From: an uncultured Granulosicoccaceae bacterium
GTDB taxonomy: Bacteria > Pseudomonadota > Gammaproteobacteria > Granulosicoccales > Granulosicoccaceae
DNA: 64,000 bases
Assembly (NCBI GenBank): GCA_964550655.1
Contig: CAZKAQ010000001.1
Location: 16,536-80,535, forward strand
Reading direction: 5' to 3'
A program made the position numbers and the translations under genes. A model generated the notes under the pieces. That model saw only the letters and a list, made by a program, of their open reading frames with translations. It was not told the DNA's origin and made no database searches. Of the stretch, positions 9,585 to 19,142 are shown in pieces. Each line of letters begins with the position of its first letter. The first letter of the stretch is position 1.

Positions 9585-10622
9585 TTACTCCCCTTGCACT
9601 ACAGCCTGGCTTTGCGCATACGATATAGCAGGGTATTTAGGCGGATTGTTATCGTCATAGCAGCTTGGAACACAGTTCATTACATAGTGTGGATTTGCAT
9701 TGAAGAAAAAAGGAATGGAATAGCGCGACTGATCACCTGTGTTGTTGTTGGCAAAGTGTCTTGTGCTCAGGAATCTGTCGTTTGTCCATTGCTTGAGTAG
9801 TTCTCCGGTGTTTACAATAAAAGTGTCTTTCGCTGCGGGCGCTTTTACCCAGACCTTACGCCGTTCACTAAATACAGTCAGACCCGGCTGATCCTGCGCC
9901 AGTATTGTGAGAAACGAAGTATCTACATGCGGTGCAATACCAAATGAACTACCCGCTTCTTCTTTCACCGGAGGATAGTGCGTCATACGAAGTCGAAATA
10001 ACGGGTCAATAAATGCATCATTGAAAAAATCACCCGGCATATCTAACGCTCTGGCGTATATCGGTAGCAGCCGCTTGCCCAGTTGCTGCATCTCTTGTGC
10101 ATACTGTTCAACCTGTTGTCGAAAGCCAGGTAGCTTTTCTGTTTCGGGCCACTGATTATCATCCATGCCCAGTTGATCATCGCACTTGATAATATATGCC
10201 TCGTTAACATTGCCGGTTTGACGCGCTGGCAGCTTGCGATTCTTTAAAGGCAAATATCCCATACCGCCCACCGGCCAGTCAGGTCGATCCATCAGAATTT
10301 TATTTTTGAAATCTATTGGCATGGAGTGGAAACGACGCACCTGATCAAATGTATTTTCCTGAACCTGGCTGCTGATATAGTGTCCGGTGATGGAGAGGAA
10401 CCCGGTTTCCTCGCAGGCCAGGCGTAGTTGTTCCGCTACCTCACTCAGCGCACTGTCGCTACCGGTAGAGAAGTACTCGCTCAAGTCTATCAGTGGAATA
10501 TCGTCAGCCAGGGCATCTTCCGGTTCGGACGTATCCCATTGTTCGGAATCATCGCGCAGTTGCTGCTCTTTTTTTTGCGCATCAAATGGTGTGTTAGCCG
10601 ACGTGGTATTGGAGGTAGTCAT
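9585..10622 (-). CDS. 2OG-Fe(II) oxygenase (isopenicillin N synthase-like family)
   Basis: HxD...H facial triad ('IAPHVDTSF', 'LSTRHFA') and 'RYSIPFF'. I trimmed the start from the track's 10760 to the ATG at 10622 (MTTSNTT...). The longer ORF would begin only 3 nt after the dps stop. Confidence 0.8.
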   Translation of the reverse strand: MTTSNTTSANTPFDAQKKEQQLRDDSEQWDTSEPEDALADDIPLIDLSEYFSTGSDSALSEVAEQLRLACEETGFLSITGHYISSQVQENTFDQVRRFHSMPIDFKNKILMDRPDWPVGGMGYLPLKNRKLPARQTGNVNEAYIIKCDDQLGMDDNQWPETEKLPGFRQQVEQYAQEMQQLGKRLLPIYARALDMPGDFFNDAFIDPLFRLRMTHYPPVKEEAGSSFGIAPHVDTSFLTILAQDQPGLTVFSERRKVWVKAPAAKDTFIVNTGELLKQWTNDRFLSTRHFANNNTGDQSRYSIPFFFNANPHYVMNCVPSCYDDNNPPKYPAISYAQSQAVVQGE

Positions 10623-10762
10623 AGTTTTACTGTAGTGGTTTTGATATTTAGTTTGATGCGGTGGTTGTTGCGATTGAATATAGCCTGTCAGTAGGTCGGG
10701 ATTGCGAGCAGCGTGCCGCACAAACGGCCCGCTGTGTAGTGACAAAATAAAATGACACAATA

Positions 10763-11200
10763 CTACTCAAGAAAACTTTTCAGCATCCATAGTGTCTTTT
10801 CATGGGTCTGAATGCGCGCAATCATCAGATCTTCAGATTCAGAATCATTTGCTTCTCCGGCACAGTCTCTGGCCGCCTTCAGGTCGACCAGCAATTTCTC
10901 ATTGGCGCGCACCAGATGACGTACCATATCCTGAGCAGAGGAATCCTCGTCAATCTCTTCGATACCCGCCATTTCAGCAAGTTTGGATAGACCGCCCGGT
11001 GCCAATGAACCCTTGGCGCGAATTCGTTCAGATATCTCATCAACGGCGATGAAAAGCTCGTTGTATTGTTCTTCAAACGCCGTGTGCAACGAGAAGAAAG
11101 AAGGCCCGCGCACATTCCAGTGACACAGATGAGTTTGGCCAATCACGGCATAGGTGTCGGCGACAACCAGCCGCAATGCGTCAATAATCGGTTCGTTCAT
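10763..11200 (-). CDS. dps: Dps-family DNA starvation/stationary-phase protection protein (ferritin-like)
   Basis: 'HLCHWNVRGPSFFSLHTAFEEQYNELFIAVDEISERI' is the canonical Dps ferroxidase-site region. Length 145 aa. Confidence 0.9.
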   Translation of the reverse strand: MNEPIIDALRLVVADTYAVIGQTHLCHWNVRGPSFFSLHTAFEEQYNELFIAVDEISERIRAKGSLAPGGLSKLAEMAGIEEIDEDSSAQDMVRHLVRANEKLLVDLKAARDCAGEANDSESEDLMIARIQTHEKTLWMLKSFLE

Positions 11201-11485
11201 TACTTTACCTTTTGTTTTTTGTGATTTCCTGGCGTCTGTAGTGCATCAGGCTTTGTAACATACCGATAGCTGCAGAGACCGTCGCCCGCTCAGTCGGTTT
11301 TTACTTAGTTACCGGCGTGTTCCTGCAGGGCACCAACAGCAGTATGTTACCAACAAGTGTACTGTATCAAATAAGGCGTGTGCAGATGAGAGCTTGTCAT
11401 TTGTTTCGCCCCTGCTCAATTCAGATATAGGGCAAAGCTCGCAGACAATGTTAAATCAGTGTGGACAATTTTGTGTCACTGGTTG

Positions 11486-12151
11486 TCACGACAAATCGAG
11501 GCCCATCTGCCAGAAATCAACTTCAAGGCGGGTTGCGGCGGAAAACACAACTGCCAACTCTGCAACACGAGCTGGCGGAACATTTTCGCCAGCCTGATTT
11601 ATCTTTGACTTGAATTCATTTGCAAAGCCTCGATAGTCAGTACTGACATACATATCTATCCACGATTTATAATTATCTGTGGCGGATGAATTTGCGGCAC
11701 GCAACTGCTCTGCCCAGGAGGCTGTTTCTGCATAACCGACCACGCATGGTGCAAGTGCAACGTACAGATCAAGCAGATCACCCGCTAAACCGCGTTCCAG
11801 TACATACCGTGTGTAGGCCATATTGGCTGTTGACTCCGGCAGGTCTCTTAAATCACTGGCTGAAATACCCCAGGCTTCGCAGTAGCTGATATGCAGTTTA
11901 AGCTCGGTGTTGACAATGGCTTCACAGGCCGTCAGTGCGAAACGGATGTCGTCTTCTTTTTGACTTTTAAAGACGGCCAGACCAAAAGCCCGCGCGAACT
12001 GCAATAAAAACAGGTAGTCCTGTAACAGATAATGTTTGAAGCTGGCCTCAGGCAGTGATCCATTCGCCAACTGCTCAATAAACGCGTGTTGCGTATACGC
12101 CTGCCAGTCAGATGCGCATCGCGATTTTAATTCGTTAAATAAGTCAGCCAT
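11486..12151 (-). CDS. tenA: TenA-family aminopyrimidine aminohydrolase (thiaminase II)
   Basis: 'HAFIEQLANGSLPEASFKHYLLQDYLFLLQFARA' is a TenA/THI-4 signature. The RBS 'GGAGGG' lies 8-13 nt upstream of the ATG. Confidence 0.85.
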   Translation of the reverse strand: MADLFNELKSRCASDWQAYTQHAFIEQLANGSLPEASFKHYLLQDYLFLLQFARAFGLAVFKSQKEDDIRFALTACEAIVNTELKLHISYCEAWGISASDLRDLPESTANMAYTRYVLERGLAGDLLDLYVALAPCVVGYAETASWAEQLRAANSSATDNYKSWIDMYVSTDYRGFANEFKSKINQAGENVPPARVAELAVVFSAATRLEVDFWQMGLDLS

Positions 12152-12408
12152 TAGAGAGCTGCCCTCCGCTTGGTGAATAACCTGGTCAGATTATATTGGA
12201 AATCAATTACTGTTTTGACTGTTGATTGCCGATGTGGCTCGTCACGGGCTTCACACAGGTCTACACTGGTAAATTTGCGTCGTCTGTGATCCGAAATTGT
12301 CGTTCTGAGCAGGCAAAATGCAGTCGAGCTTTATAGATCTGCGATTTCGGGCATGGGCAAAGCCAGTTTAAGGAACTTTACGTAAACATCTGCGACCGTT
12401 GTTGCTGC

Positions 12409-13731
12409 TTATTCGTTAATAAAACACAACTGCTTAAATTTGCCACGATAGTTGGCTACCTCAGCTGCCAGCTCCTCCGGCGTATCTGATACTAGTGCTT
12501 TTGCAAATAAGTCAGCCAGTGGTTTGCAATGCTCGATCTTTACACCAAAACGTACAATATCAGGTGTGCCGATTCTGATGCCGTTAAGATCACCTTCGAC
12601 TGCTTCATCAGGCAAGCCAATACCGCACACTAAAAAGCCAGATTTTCGCAAACGTTTAGATGCTGCTTGTCCGCCACCGTATTGATGAGAACGCACAGCG
12701 AACTGGTGTGACTTGGTAGCGCCTTGCGCTGTATTGTAGATATCAATATTCAGATTTTGCAGCTCAGCTGATAATGTCTGTGATACCGCAATCATTGTTT
12801 TTGCATAGTCAGCGCCGTGATCGCGCCAGTCGAGCATACCCATCGCAAGAGCTGCTGACTTTGCTGCATCAAAGTTTGCTGTCATACCCGGAAAGGCGAT
12901 AGCGTCTATTTTTTGCATCAGATCCTGGTCATTAGAGACGATGATGCCACCGGCCGGCCCACCGAGGCTCTTATAGGTGCTCATGGTCATCAGATGCGCG
13001 CCATGCTGTATCGGATTTTGCCATGCACCTCCGGCAATAATTCCACACTGATGTGCCGCATCAAACATCAACTTCGCACCAACTTCATCGGCAACTTCCC
13101 GCACGTTCGCAACCGGGTGTGGCAATAGATTTAAACTGCCACCCAGTGTGATTAACGAAGGCTTTACCTTTTTTGCCAGCTCTTTTAAACCATCAACGTC
13201 AACCGTAAAGCCCTCGACATCAACGGGTGCTTCATGGATTGATAAACCAAACAAGCCGGCACAGCCATCCGGATGATGTGTTACGTGACCACCGATACTG
13301 GCGGGAGGAACTATGATGGAATCTCCCGGTTTGCAGCACGCCATAAACGCGTAAAGATTTGCCATGGCACCGGATGCAACTCGAACTTCTGCAAAGCGGG
13401 CATTGAACAGCTCTGCACATAACTCTGCCGCAATAACCTCGACTTCTTCTGTTGCTTCAAGACCGGTTTCGTATTTGTCTCCCGGGTAGCCAAGCGATGG
13501 ACGTGTGGATAAGCCGCTCGAGAGTAATGCTTCAGCGCGCGGATTCATGACGTTGGCTGCCGGGTTCAGATTAAAGCACTCGCTTTCATGAATTGCTTTG
13601 TTGCGCTGCGCCAGATCTTCGATGTGATTTGCGAGTGCTTTGTTATCGGTTACCGATGTACGGGTTGCATACTCCTGCACCAGTTGTTCGGACGCCTTGG
13701 GAACCCATGGTCTTTTTGCGAGAGCTGTCAC
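12409..13731 (-). CDS. Divergent serine hydroxymethyltransferase-like PLP-dependent enzyme
   Basis: SHMT-fold layout with the PLP-lysine motif 'STYKSLGGPAGG' (canonical 'TTHKTLRGPRGG'), 'GYPGDKYETG' (canonical 'GYPGKRYYGG') and 'FDAAHQCG'. GTG start. Confidence 0.75.
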   Translation of the reverse strand: MTALAKRPWVPKASEQLVQEYATRTSVTDNKALANHIEDLAQRNKAIHESECFNLNPAANVMNPRAEALLSSGLSTRPSLGYPGDKYETGLEATEEVEVIAAELCAELFNARFAEVRVASGAMANLYAFMACCKPGDSIIVPPASIGGHVTHHPDGCAGLFGLSIHEAPVDVEGFTVDVDGLKELAKKVKPSLITLGGSLNLLPHPVANVREVADEVGAKLMFDAAHQCGIIAGGAWQNPIQHGAHLMTMSTYKSLGGPAGGIIVSNDQDLMQKIDAIAFPGMTANFDAAKSAALAMGMLDWRDHGADYAKTMIAVSQTLSAELQNLNIDIYNTAQGATKSHQFAVRSHQYGGGQAASKRLRKSGFLVCGIGLPDEAVEGDLNGIRIGTPDIVRFGVKIEHCKPLADLFAKALVSDTPEELAAEVANYRGKFKQLCFINE

Positions 13732-13904
13732 TGGCTTGCCTTTACTGTCTTCAGTTGAAGGGGAATGATTCTACCTGAGAGCAGGTATTCGCGGCAGTCA
13801 TCTGCGCGACGGTGGCGGCCTCGCCTGAAACCGATTTTTTGATTGTCATATATGGTGAGCATCTGTATGCGATGCAGAGAGTGATGGGAGCTTAATAGCG
13901 AACA

Positions 13905-14561
13905 TCAGGCATTGGTGCTTTGTTCGCTACACTCCTGCAGCCACTGTGAGACTCTGGCAATTGGATCCTGGTGCTGCAGTACATCAGTGACAACGCATGC
14001 GCTATCGGCTCCGTGAGCAAAGACACCTTCGACCCGTTCCGGCGTCAGGCCGCCGATAGCAACCAGCGGAATGTTACCAATGCGGGATTTCCAGCGCTGC
14101 AGCTTTTCCAGCCCCTGAGGCCGCCACTTCATTTTCTTGAGCAGAGTCTGATAGATCGGACCTAGTGCGATGTAGTCCGGATCATGATCAAGAGCGATTT
14201 GCAATTCACTGCTATCGTGTGTGCTGATACCGAGTTTCAGACCGTGTTGTCTAATGGTATTTATATCTGCCTGTTGCAGATCCTCCTGTCCGAGATGAAT
14301 GTAGTCGCAGCCTTCATCGATTGCAAGTTGCCAGAAATCGTTGATGATTAACTGACATGCGTATTCACTACACAGAGACTTGGCGAGCCGTATCTCTCGG
14401 CGTAGCTGATCTTCATCGGTGTCTTTAATACGCAACTGGACAGTTTTCAAACCCAGTGGCAGAAAGTCACGCAATAGCTCGGCTGAGTCAACGATCAGAT
14501 AAAACGGTGCGATCTTCGATGCATCGTTGCCGTCTTTACTGTTTGGTTTGTCTGCTTGCAT
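13905..14561 (-). CDS. thiE: Thiamine-phosphate synthase
   Basis: TMP-TENI pattern: 'YLIVDS', 'VQLRIKD', 'LIINDFWQLA', 'IHLGQEDL', 'LGISTHD', 'YIALGPIY', 'PLVAIGGL'. Confidence 0.9.
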   Translation of the reverse strand: MQADKPNSKDGNDASKIAPFYLIVDSAELLRDFLPLGLKTVQLRIKDTDEDQLRREIRLAKSLCSEYACQLIINDFWQLAIDEGCDYIHLGQEDLQQADINTIRQHGLKLGISTHDSSELQIALDHDPDYIALGPIYQTLLKKMKWRPQGLEKLQRWKSRIGNIPLVAIGGLTPERVEGVFAHGADSACVVTDVLQHQDPIARVSQWLQECSEQSTNA

Positions 14562-14569
14562 GATGGTTT

Positions 14570-15352
14570 CTATTGATTCCAGAATGGTGTGCCAACAACG
14601 GGTGTTGATGGTTCTGCCATGTCACGTGTCTCGATGATGCCTGCATCGAAGGCGCTGCGTCCGGCTTCTACTGCCTGTGCAAAAGCCCGTGCCATGGTGT
14701 CAGGCTGACCTGCTTTGGCGACGGCTGTGTTTAGCAGCACGGCGTCGTAACCCAGTTCCATGGCACGGGCTGCGTCGGAGGGTTTACCTATTCCTGCGTC
14801 TATTATCAATGTGGCGTCATTGCTGAAGCGGGCTCGAAAAGATCGCAGTGAGTAGATGTCATTGAGTCCGCGTCCACTGCCTATCGGTGCACCCCATGGC
14901 ATCAGTACCTGGCAACCGGCCTGTAAAAGTTTTTCGCCCACACTAAGATCATCGGTGGTGTAGGGGAATACCTGAAAGCCCTCGTCACTGAGTATCCGGG
15001 CCGCTTCCACCAGACCAAAGACGTCGGGTTGCAGAGAGTTGTCATCATGAATAACTTCAAGTTTTATCCAGTTGGTTTTGAATAGTTCTCTTGCCATGTG
15101 TGCTGTAGTTACAGCTTCTTTGACGGTGCGACATCCGGCTGTGTTGGGCAGTACCTTTGTATTGCATTGTTCAATCAGGGACCAGAAGGCTTGTCCCGAT
15201 TTATTGGTGCTTGATTCGCGTCGCAGCGATACGGTCAGAATTTCTGTTCCTGAAGCAGCAACGGAGTCGAGCATTATTTTTGGTGAAGGATAACTCGCGG
15301 TACCGAGGAGTAACCTCGATTCAACGGTTGAATCGTACAACTTCAATGGCAT
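14570..15352 (-). CDS. thiG: Thiazole synthase
   Basis: 'LPNTAGC.T..EAV', 'IKLEVI.D...L.PD', '[14 protein letters not shown]' and '[30 protein letters not shown]' are all highly conserved in ThiG. Confidence 0.95.
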   Translation of the reverse strand: MPLKLYDSTVESRLLLGTASYPSPKIMLDSVAASGTEILTVSLRRESSTNKSGQAFWSLIEQCNTKVLPNTAGCRTVKEAVTTAHMARELFKTNWIKLEVIHDDNSLQPDVFGLVEAARILSDEGFQVFPYTTDDLSVGEKLLQAGCQVLMPWGAPIGSGRGLNDIYSLRSFRARFSNDATLIIDAGIGKPSDAARAMELGYDAVLLNTAVAKAGQPDTMARAFAQAVEAGRSAFDAGIIETRDMAEPSTPVVGTPFWNQ

Positions 15353-15356
15353 GTAT

Positions 15357-15554
15357 TCATCCCCCTGACATCGGTGCGATGATTTCTACTGCGTCGTTTT
15401 CAGTCAGTAGTGTTTCAGCGCGGTTTTCAATAGCGACGAACTCGCCATTGACTGCAGTAGCTACTGCTTTTTGTTTGTGGCCTTCGATATTGAGCAACTC
15501 TTCGAGCGTGACGCATCGTGTTTCGAAGTCAATGCCATTAAGCTTGATTTTCAT
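15357..15554 (-). CDS. thiS: Sulfur-carrier protein ThiS
   Basis: 65 aa with a C-terminal '...PMSGG' di-glycine. It sits between thiO and thiG and overlaps the thiO stop by 17 nt. Confidence 0.85.
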   Translation of the reverse strand: MKIKLNGIDFETRCVTLEELLNIEGHKQKAVATAVNGEFVAIENRAETLLTENDAVEIIAPMSGG

Positions 15555-16560
15555 CCATCACCTTTGAGTCGACGGTACCGTTGACTATAAAATCGACCGC
15601 TTTGTTGGCAAGTGCCGGGCCGCAAAGAAATCCATGCCGGAACAATCCGTTGACGTACAGTGTTTTACCGCGGCGACGCAAACGAGGCAGATTGTCAATG
15701 AACGCGGGTCGGGCATCAACACCGATTTCTACAATAGCAGCTTCTGCGAACGCCGGATGTACAGTAAAAGCCGCTGACAACAGTTCCATGATCGAACGCG
15801 CGCTGGCTCGATCGCGATCTTCATTTTCAAGCATGGTTGCTCCGACCATAAACATTTGATCTGCTCGCGGGACGATGTACAACGGGTAGCGTGGATGCAG
15901 CAACCGAACCGGTCGCGATAACGATACATCAGCGCTGTGAAGCAACAGCATTTCACCTTTGACGCCGCGTAAATCAGTCAGTCTGTCACGAGCACTTAGA
16001 CCACGACAATCTATTCGCCAATCGACGTCACCGACATCATCCAGTGACTCTGTATCAAGCTTCGTTTTGGCTCGCAGTTCGACTTGTTCGTCTTCAAGTA
16101 CTGATAATAAGTGTTGTAGTGCCACTCGCGGGTCAAGGTGTGCTTCCTGTGGATAAAACAATGCGCGGTCAAAATGTTCACCAAGATCAGGCTCAAGTGT
16201 TGTGATAGCGGCTTGTTCAAGGGCCTGCCATTGTTCGGTTCTTTCAGCAAACTGTTGTAAGTCCGGCAGATCGCGTGTTGTGGCAACCACCATGGAACCA
16301 TTGCAGGTTAATCCTGCAGGATGTTCTGAATCGAATTCATGCTTCCAGAATTCAACACTCTGATGACCCAGCTCGGCAATAAGTGGTTCGGCGCTCTCCA
16401 TTTCACAATAGGGGGCCAGCATGCCGCCTGCCCACCATGAGCAACAGCTATCATCGATGCCGTGGCTGGCGGATACTAATTTTGTCTCGATACCTTGCCG
16501 TGCCAGTTGCACAGCACAACACAAGCCTGCGACACCTGCGCCGACGACTTCAACTTTCAT
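15538..16560 (-). CDS. thiO: FAD-dependent glycine oxidase
   Basis: N-terminal 'KVEVVGAGVAGLCCAVQLARQG' dinucleotide fold, DAO-family length, and a position upstream of thiSG. Confidence 0.85.
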   Translation of the reverse strand: MKVEVVGAGVAGLCCAVQLARQGIETKLVSASHGIDDSCCSWWAGGMLAPYCEMESAEPLIAELGHQSVEFWKHEFDSEHPAGLTCNGSMVVATTRDLPDLQQFAERTEQWQALEQAAITTLEPDLGEHFDRALFYPQEAHLDPRVALQHLLSVLEDEQVELRAKTKLDTESLDDVGDVDWRIDCRGLSARDRLTDLRGVKGEMLLLHSADVSLSRPVRLLHPRYPLYIVPRADQMFMVGATMLENEDRDRASARSIMELLSAAFTVHPAFAEAAIVEIGVDARPAFIDNLPRLRRRGKTLYVNGLFRHGFLCGPALANKAVDFIVNGTVDSKVMDENQA

Positions 16561-16593
16561 ATCACAGTACCGAGCATATCAAGCTGCTTGATG

Positions 16594-17526
16594 TTATTCG
16601 ACCACAATGGTGTAGTCGCTTAACGGTGGTACCTTGCTGATCAGTTCGCGTTCCAGCATAAACCGGGCAAAATTGTTGTATCGTCGGCTATCAAGGGCTG
16701 CAGGGCGCAACGCGAATCGACGCAGTGTGTCTTTCCAGGCGCGTTGATTGAGCTCATTGTCCAGCGTATCGCGATTGCTGAGTTTAAAAAGCTCCCAGGC
16801 GTCATCCGGATGATTAATTATATAGCTGGTGGCCTTCTCTATGGCATTGAGGAACTTACCGAGTGAGGCGTCGTTAGCACGATCGCTGTGAGTGACGAGA
16901 ATCAGTTCATCAAACGACGGTACGCCTTCTTCTTCAGGATAAAAAGCTTTACCGGGTTTGCCTTCGATATCCATCTGGTTGAGTTCGAAGTTTCGATAAG
17001 CACCGATTACTGCGCTGACCTGACCGGTAATCAGTGATGGTGAAAGTGAGAAGTTTACATTAACCAGTTCAACATCATCCAGTGACAAGCCATGGGTGTT
17101 GAGCATTGTGCCCAGTAAAGCTTCTTCGAAACCGCCTACTGAAAACCCCACTTTATGACCTTTAAGATCTGCGATGGATTTGATTGGACCGTCTTTTAAT
17201 ACCACCAGTGAATTCAATGGCGTTGAGATCAGTGTGCCGAAGCGAGTCAATGGCAAGCCCTGATCGACTTGTGCATGTAACTGCGGTTGGTAGGAAATTG
17301 CAATATCGGCTTTGCGGGCAGCCACAAGTTTGGGTGGCAGACTGGGGTCGGCCGGCTCGATCATTTCAACCTCGAGACCCTCGTCTGTGAAATATCCGAG
17401 TCGATCAGCGATTATCAGTTGAGCATGATCCGGATTGATAAACCAGTCCAGCAGCACAGTCAGTTTTTCAGCCGCCAGTACGGATTGGCTTACTGACAAA
17501 GCAAGTGCAAAAAATAATATACGCAT
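16594..17526 (-). CDS. thiY: Periplasmic NMT1/THI5-like substrate-binding protein (ThiY-like pyrimidine-precursor binding protein)
   Basis: Signal peptide 'MRILFFALALSVSQSVLA', 'LDWFINPDHAQL' and 'ISYQPQL', as in NMT1/THI5/ThiY. It is embedded in the thi operon. Confidence 0.75.
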   Translation of the reverse strand: MRILFFALALSVSQSVLAAEKLTVLLDWFINPDHAQLIIADRLGYFTDEGLEVEMIEPADPSLPPKLVAARKADIAISYQPQLHAQVDQGLPLTRFGTLISTPLNSLVVLKDGPIKSIADLKGHKVGFSVGGFEEALLGTMLNTHGLSLDDVELVNVNFSLSPSLITGQVSAVIGAYRNFELNQMDIEGKPGKAFYPEEEGVPSFDELILVTHSDRANDASLGKFLNAIEKATSYIINHPDDAWELFKLSNRDTLDNELNQRAWKDTLRRFALRPAALDSRRYNNFARFMLERELISKVPPLSDYTIVVE

Positions 17527-17533
17527 AGTGTCC

Positions 17534-18340
17534 TCAGGATAATTGTTGTGAACGTGTGGAATCTATTTGCCAGAAAAGCAGAGCATCAAGGCATCGATTA
17601 ACCAGCCAGTACAAGGTGATGGCAAGTATGGCAAGAACAAACAGGGCCGCGAACATCATGTCTGTTTGCATGCGGCCATTGGCATTGAGCATCACAAAGC
17701 CAAGCCCCTGACTGGAACCGACCCACTCACCGATTACTGCACCAATAGGCGCTACTGACGTGGCGACACGTATACCTGATGCAATAGAAGGAAGTGCCGC
17801 CGGTAGGCGAATGTGACGAATGACAGACAGTCGGCCTGCCTGCATGACGTGTGCAATGTCGAGCCAGTCGCTGGTGGTATGACGTAAGCCATCGAACGCA
17901 GCTGCTGTGACAGGAAAGTATATGATCAGTGTGGCCATGGCGATCTTCGATGCCATGCCATAGCCGAGCCAGAGTGTCAGGAGCGGTGCCAGAGCAAATA
18001 CCGGAATAGCCTGGCTGATCACCAGCACTGGAAATACCCAGCGTCTAACACCTTGAAAGGCGGTCATAATCAAAGCGCTGAGAAGTCCAAGCACACAGCC
18101 AAGTGTCAGCCCGGCCAGAATTTCGATGAGTGTTACACCTGCGTGCCTGAGCAGATAAGCCGGTTGGGAAAACAGAGTTTCGATAACCTGAAGTGGCGCC
18201 GGCAGAATGAACGCCGGTGTATCGCTGAGCGTGACAACAAGTTGCCACAGTAAAAGCAGACCCGTAGTGGTAATCACAACTTGTAGCAACTGGCGACTCT
18301 TTGAGGCAGGCTTTGTTGCTTCGATGACAGTATCAGACAT
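17534..18340 (-). CDS. thiX: ABC transporter permease (ThiX-like)
   Basis: Six predicted TM segments and an EAA-loop-like 'DIAHVMQAGRLSVIRHIRLPAALP'. Adjacent to the binding protein and the ATPase. Confidence 0.75.
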   Translation of the reverse strand: MSDTVIEATKPASKSRQLLQVVITTTGLLLLWQLVVTLSDTPAFILPAPLQVIETLFSQPAYLLRHAGVTLIEILAGLTLGCVLGLLSALIMTAFQGVRRWVFPVLVISQAIPVFALAPLLTLWLGYGMASKIAMATLIIYFPVTAAAFDGLRHTTSDWLDIAHVMQAGRLSVIRHIRLPAALPSIASGIRVATSVAPIGAVIGEWVGSSQGLGFVMLNANGRMQTDMMFAALFVLAILAITLYWLVNRCLDALLFWQIDSTRSQQLS

Positions 18341-18342
18341 AC

Positions 18343-19128
18343 TTAGAGTGCCTGCCAGATACGTTGTTGCCAGAGTAGAGTCTGTTCATCGTCAACAGCT
18401 CTGGGCGAGGCTGAGTCAGGCTGCAGGATCGTCGGCTTTGATGGATCATGCTGCGAGAGCACAATCAACTGATGGCCCAGTCTGGCTGCCTCCAGCGGGT
18501 CGTGAGTTACCAGCACTACAGTACGGTGTTGCAAAAGCTCAACGGCGATATCCTGTAACTCAACCCGGGTGATAGCATCCAGTCGAGAGAACGGTTCATC
18601 CATCAGCACAACCGGCTTGTCTTCCATGAGTGTGCGCAGCAGGGCAACACGTTGACGCATACCGCCAGACAGGGTTGCAGGCAGATCAGATGCCCTTGTA
18701 TCGAGTTGCAGACGTTGCAGTAAGCCAAGTGCTTTTTGATAAGTACCATCTGACCGGGTGCCACGCAGGCGATGTCCCAGCTGAATGTTATCAATAACAG
18801 ACAGCCAGGGTAGTAAGCCGTCATCTTGTGACATATAGGTGATCTGCCCTTGCAGATCACTGCCATCGCTTGAGGTTATGCTGCCCTTATCAGGTTTGAG
18901 CAAGCCTGCAATAAGACGCAACAGAGATGTTTTACCTGCACCACTTTGACCGAGTATGCAGCTCCAAAGTCCTGCCGGCAGGTTGATATTGAAATCAGTA
19001 AAAAGGCACTGGCTGCCAAGGGTCAGATCAAGTTTGTTTACTGTAATGCCGATAGCAGAGCGCGCAACGCTACCATTGTGTTGGTTGCGCTCAGACACAG
19101 GAACTGCATGCTGGTCGTTGTGTTGCAT
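18343..19128 (-). CDS. thiZ: ABC transporter ATP-binding protein (ThiZ-like)
   Basis: Walker A 'GQSGAGKTSLL', signature 'LSGGMRQRVAL', Walker B 'VVLMDEPFS', H-loop 'VTHD'. Confidence 0.8.
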   Translation of the reverse strand: MQHNDQHAVPVSERNQHNGSVARSAIGITVNKLDLTLGSQCLFTDFNINLPAGLWSCILGQSGAGKTSLLRLIAGLLKPDKGSITSSDGSDLQGQITYMSQDDGLLPWLSVIDNIQLGHRLRGTRSDGTYQKALGLLQRLQLDTRASDLPATLSGGMRQRVALLRTLMEDKPVVLMDEPFSRLDAITRVELQDIAVELLQHRTVVLVTHDPLEAARLGHQLIVLSQHDPSKPTILQPDSASPRAVDDEQTLLWQQRIWQAL

Positions 19129-19142
19129 TCAACAATGACACA

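Noticed and set aside
10623-10760. N-terminal extensions given by the longest-ORF track. Examples: 10760 for the 2OG oxygenase, 36211 for proX, 21550 for the sensor, 21679 for the pan-operon first gene, 44889 for the FAD oxidase, 60654 for ampG, 42532 for the secreted protein, 19994 for thiD.
   Set aside because: The extensions encode non-conserved, often Arg/Cys-rich sequence ahead of an internal ATG that is followed by a canonical N-terminus (signal peptide or Rossmann loop). Several of those internal ATGs also have a GGAG-type RBS upstream.
11394-11597. A 67-aa plus-strand ORF in or overlapping the dps-tenA intergenic region.
   Set aside because: Its 3' part is antisense to tenA, its composition is Ser/Cys/Thr-rich, and it has neither an RBS nor a motif. 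It is likely spurious.
12152-12408. A possible second TPP riboswitch in the 257-nt spacer upstream of tenA.
   Set aside because: Read fully, the minus strand has no GGGGUGC or CUGAGA blocks. 'CUGACCAGGUUAUUCACCAAGCGGAGGG' only loosely mimics the P4/P5 region, and its GGAGGG is better explained as the tenA ribosome-binding site.
13755-13800. The plus-strand 'GGGGAAUG...CCUGAGAGC' between thiE and the SHMT-like gene superficially resembles the GGGGUGC/CUGAGA blocks of a TPP riboswitch.
   Set aside because: It is on the wrong strand for the flanking genes. It has no ACCUGAU...UAAUACC...CGUAGGGA half and no P1 pairing. The minus-strand reading has no THI-box features.
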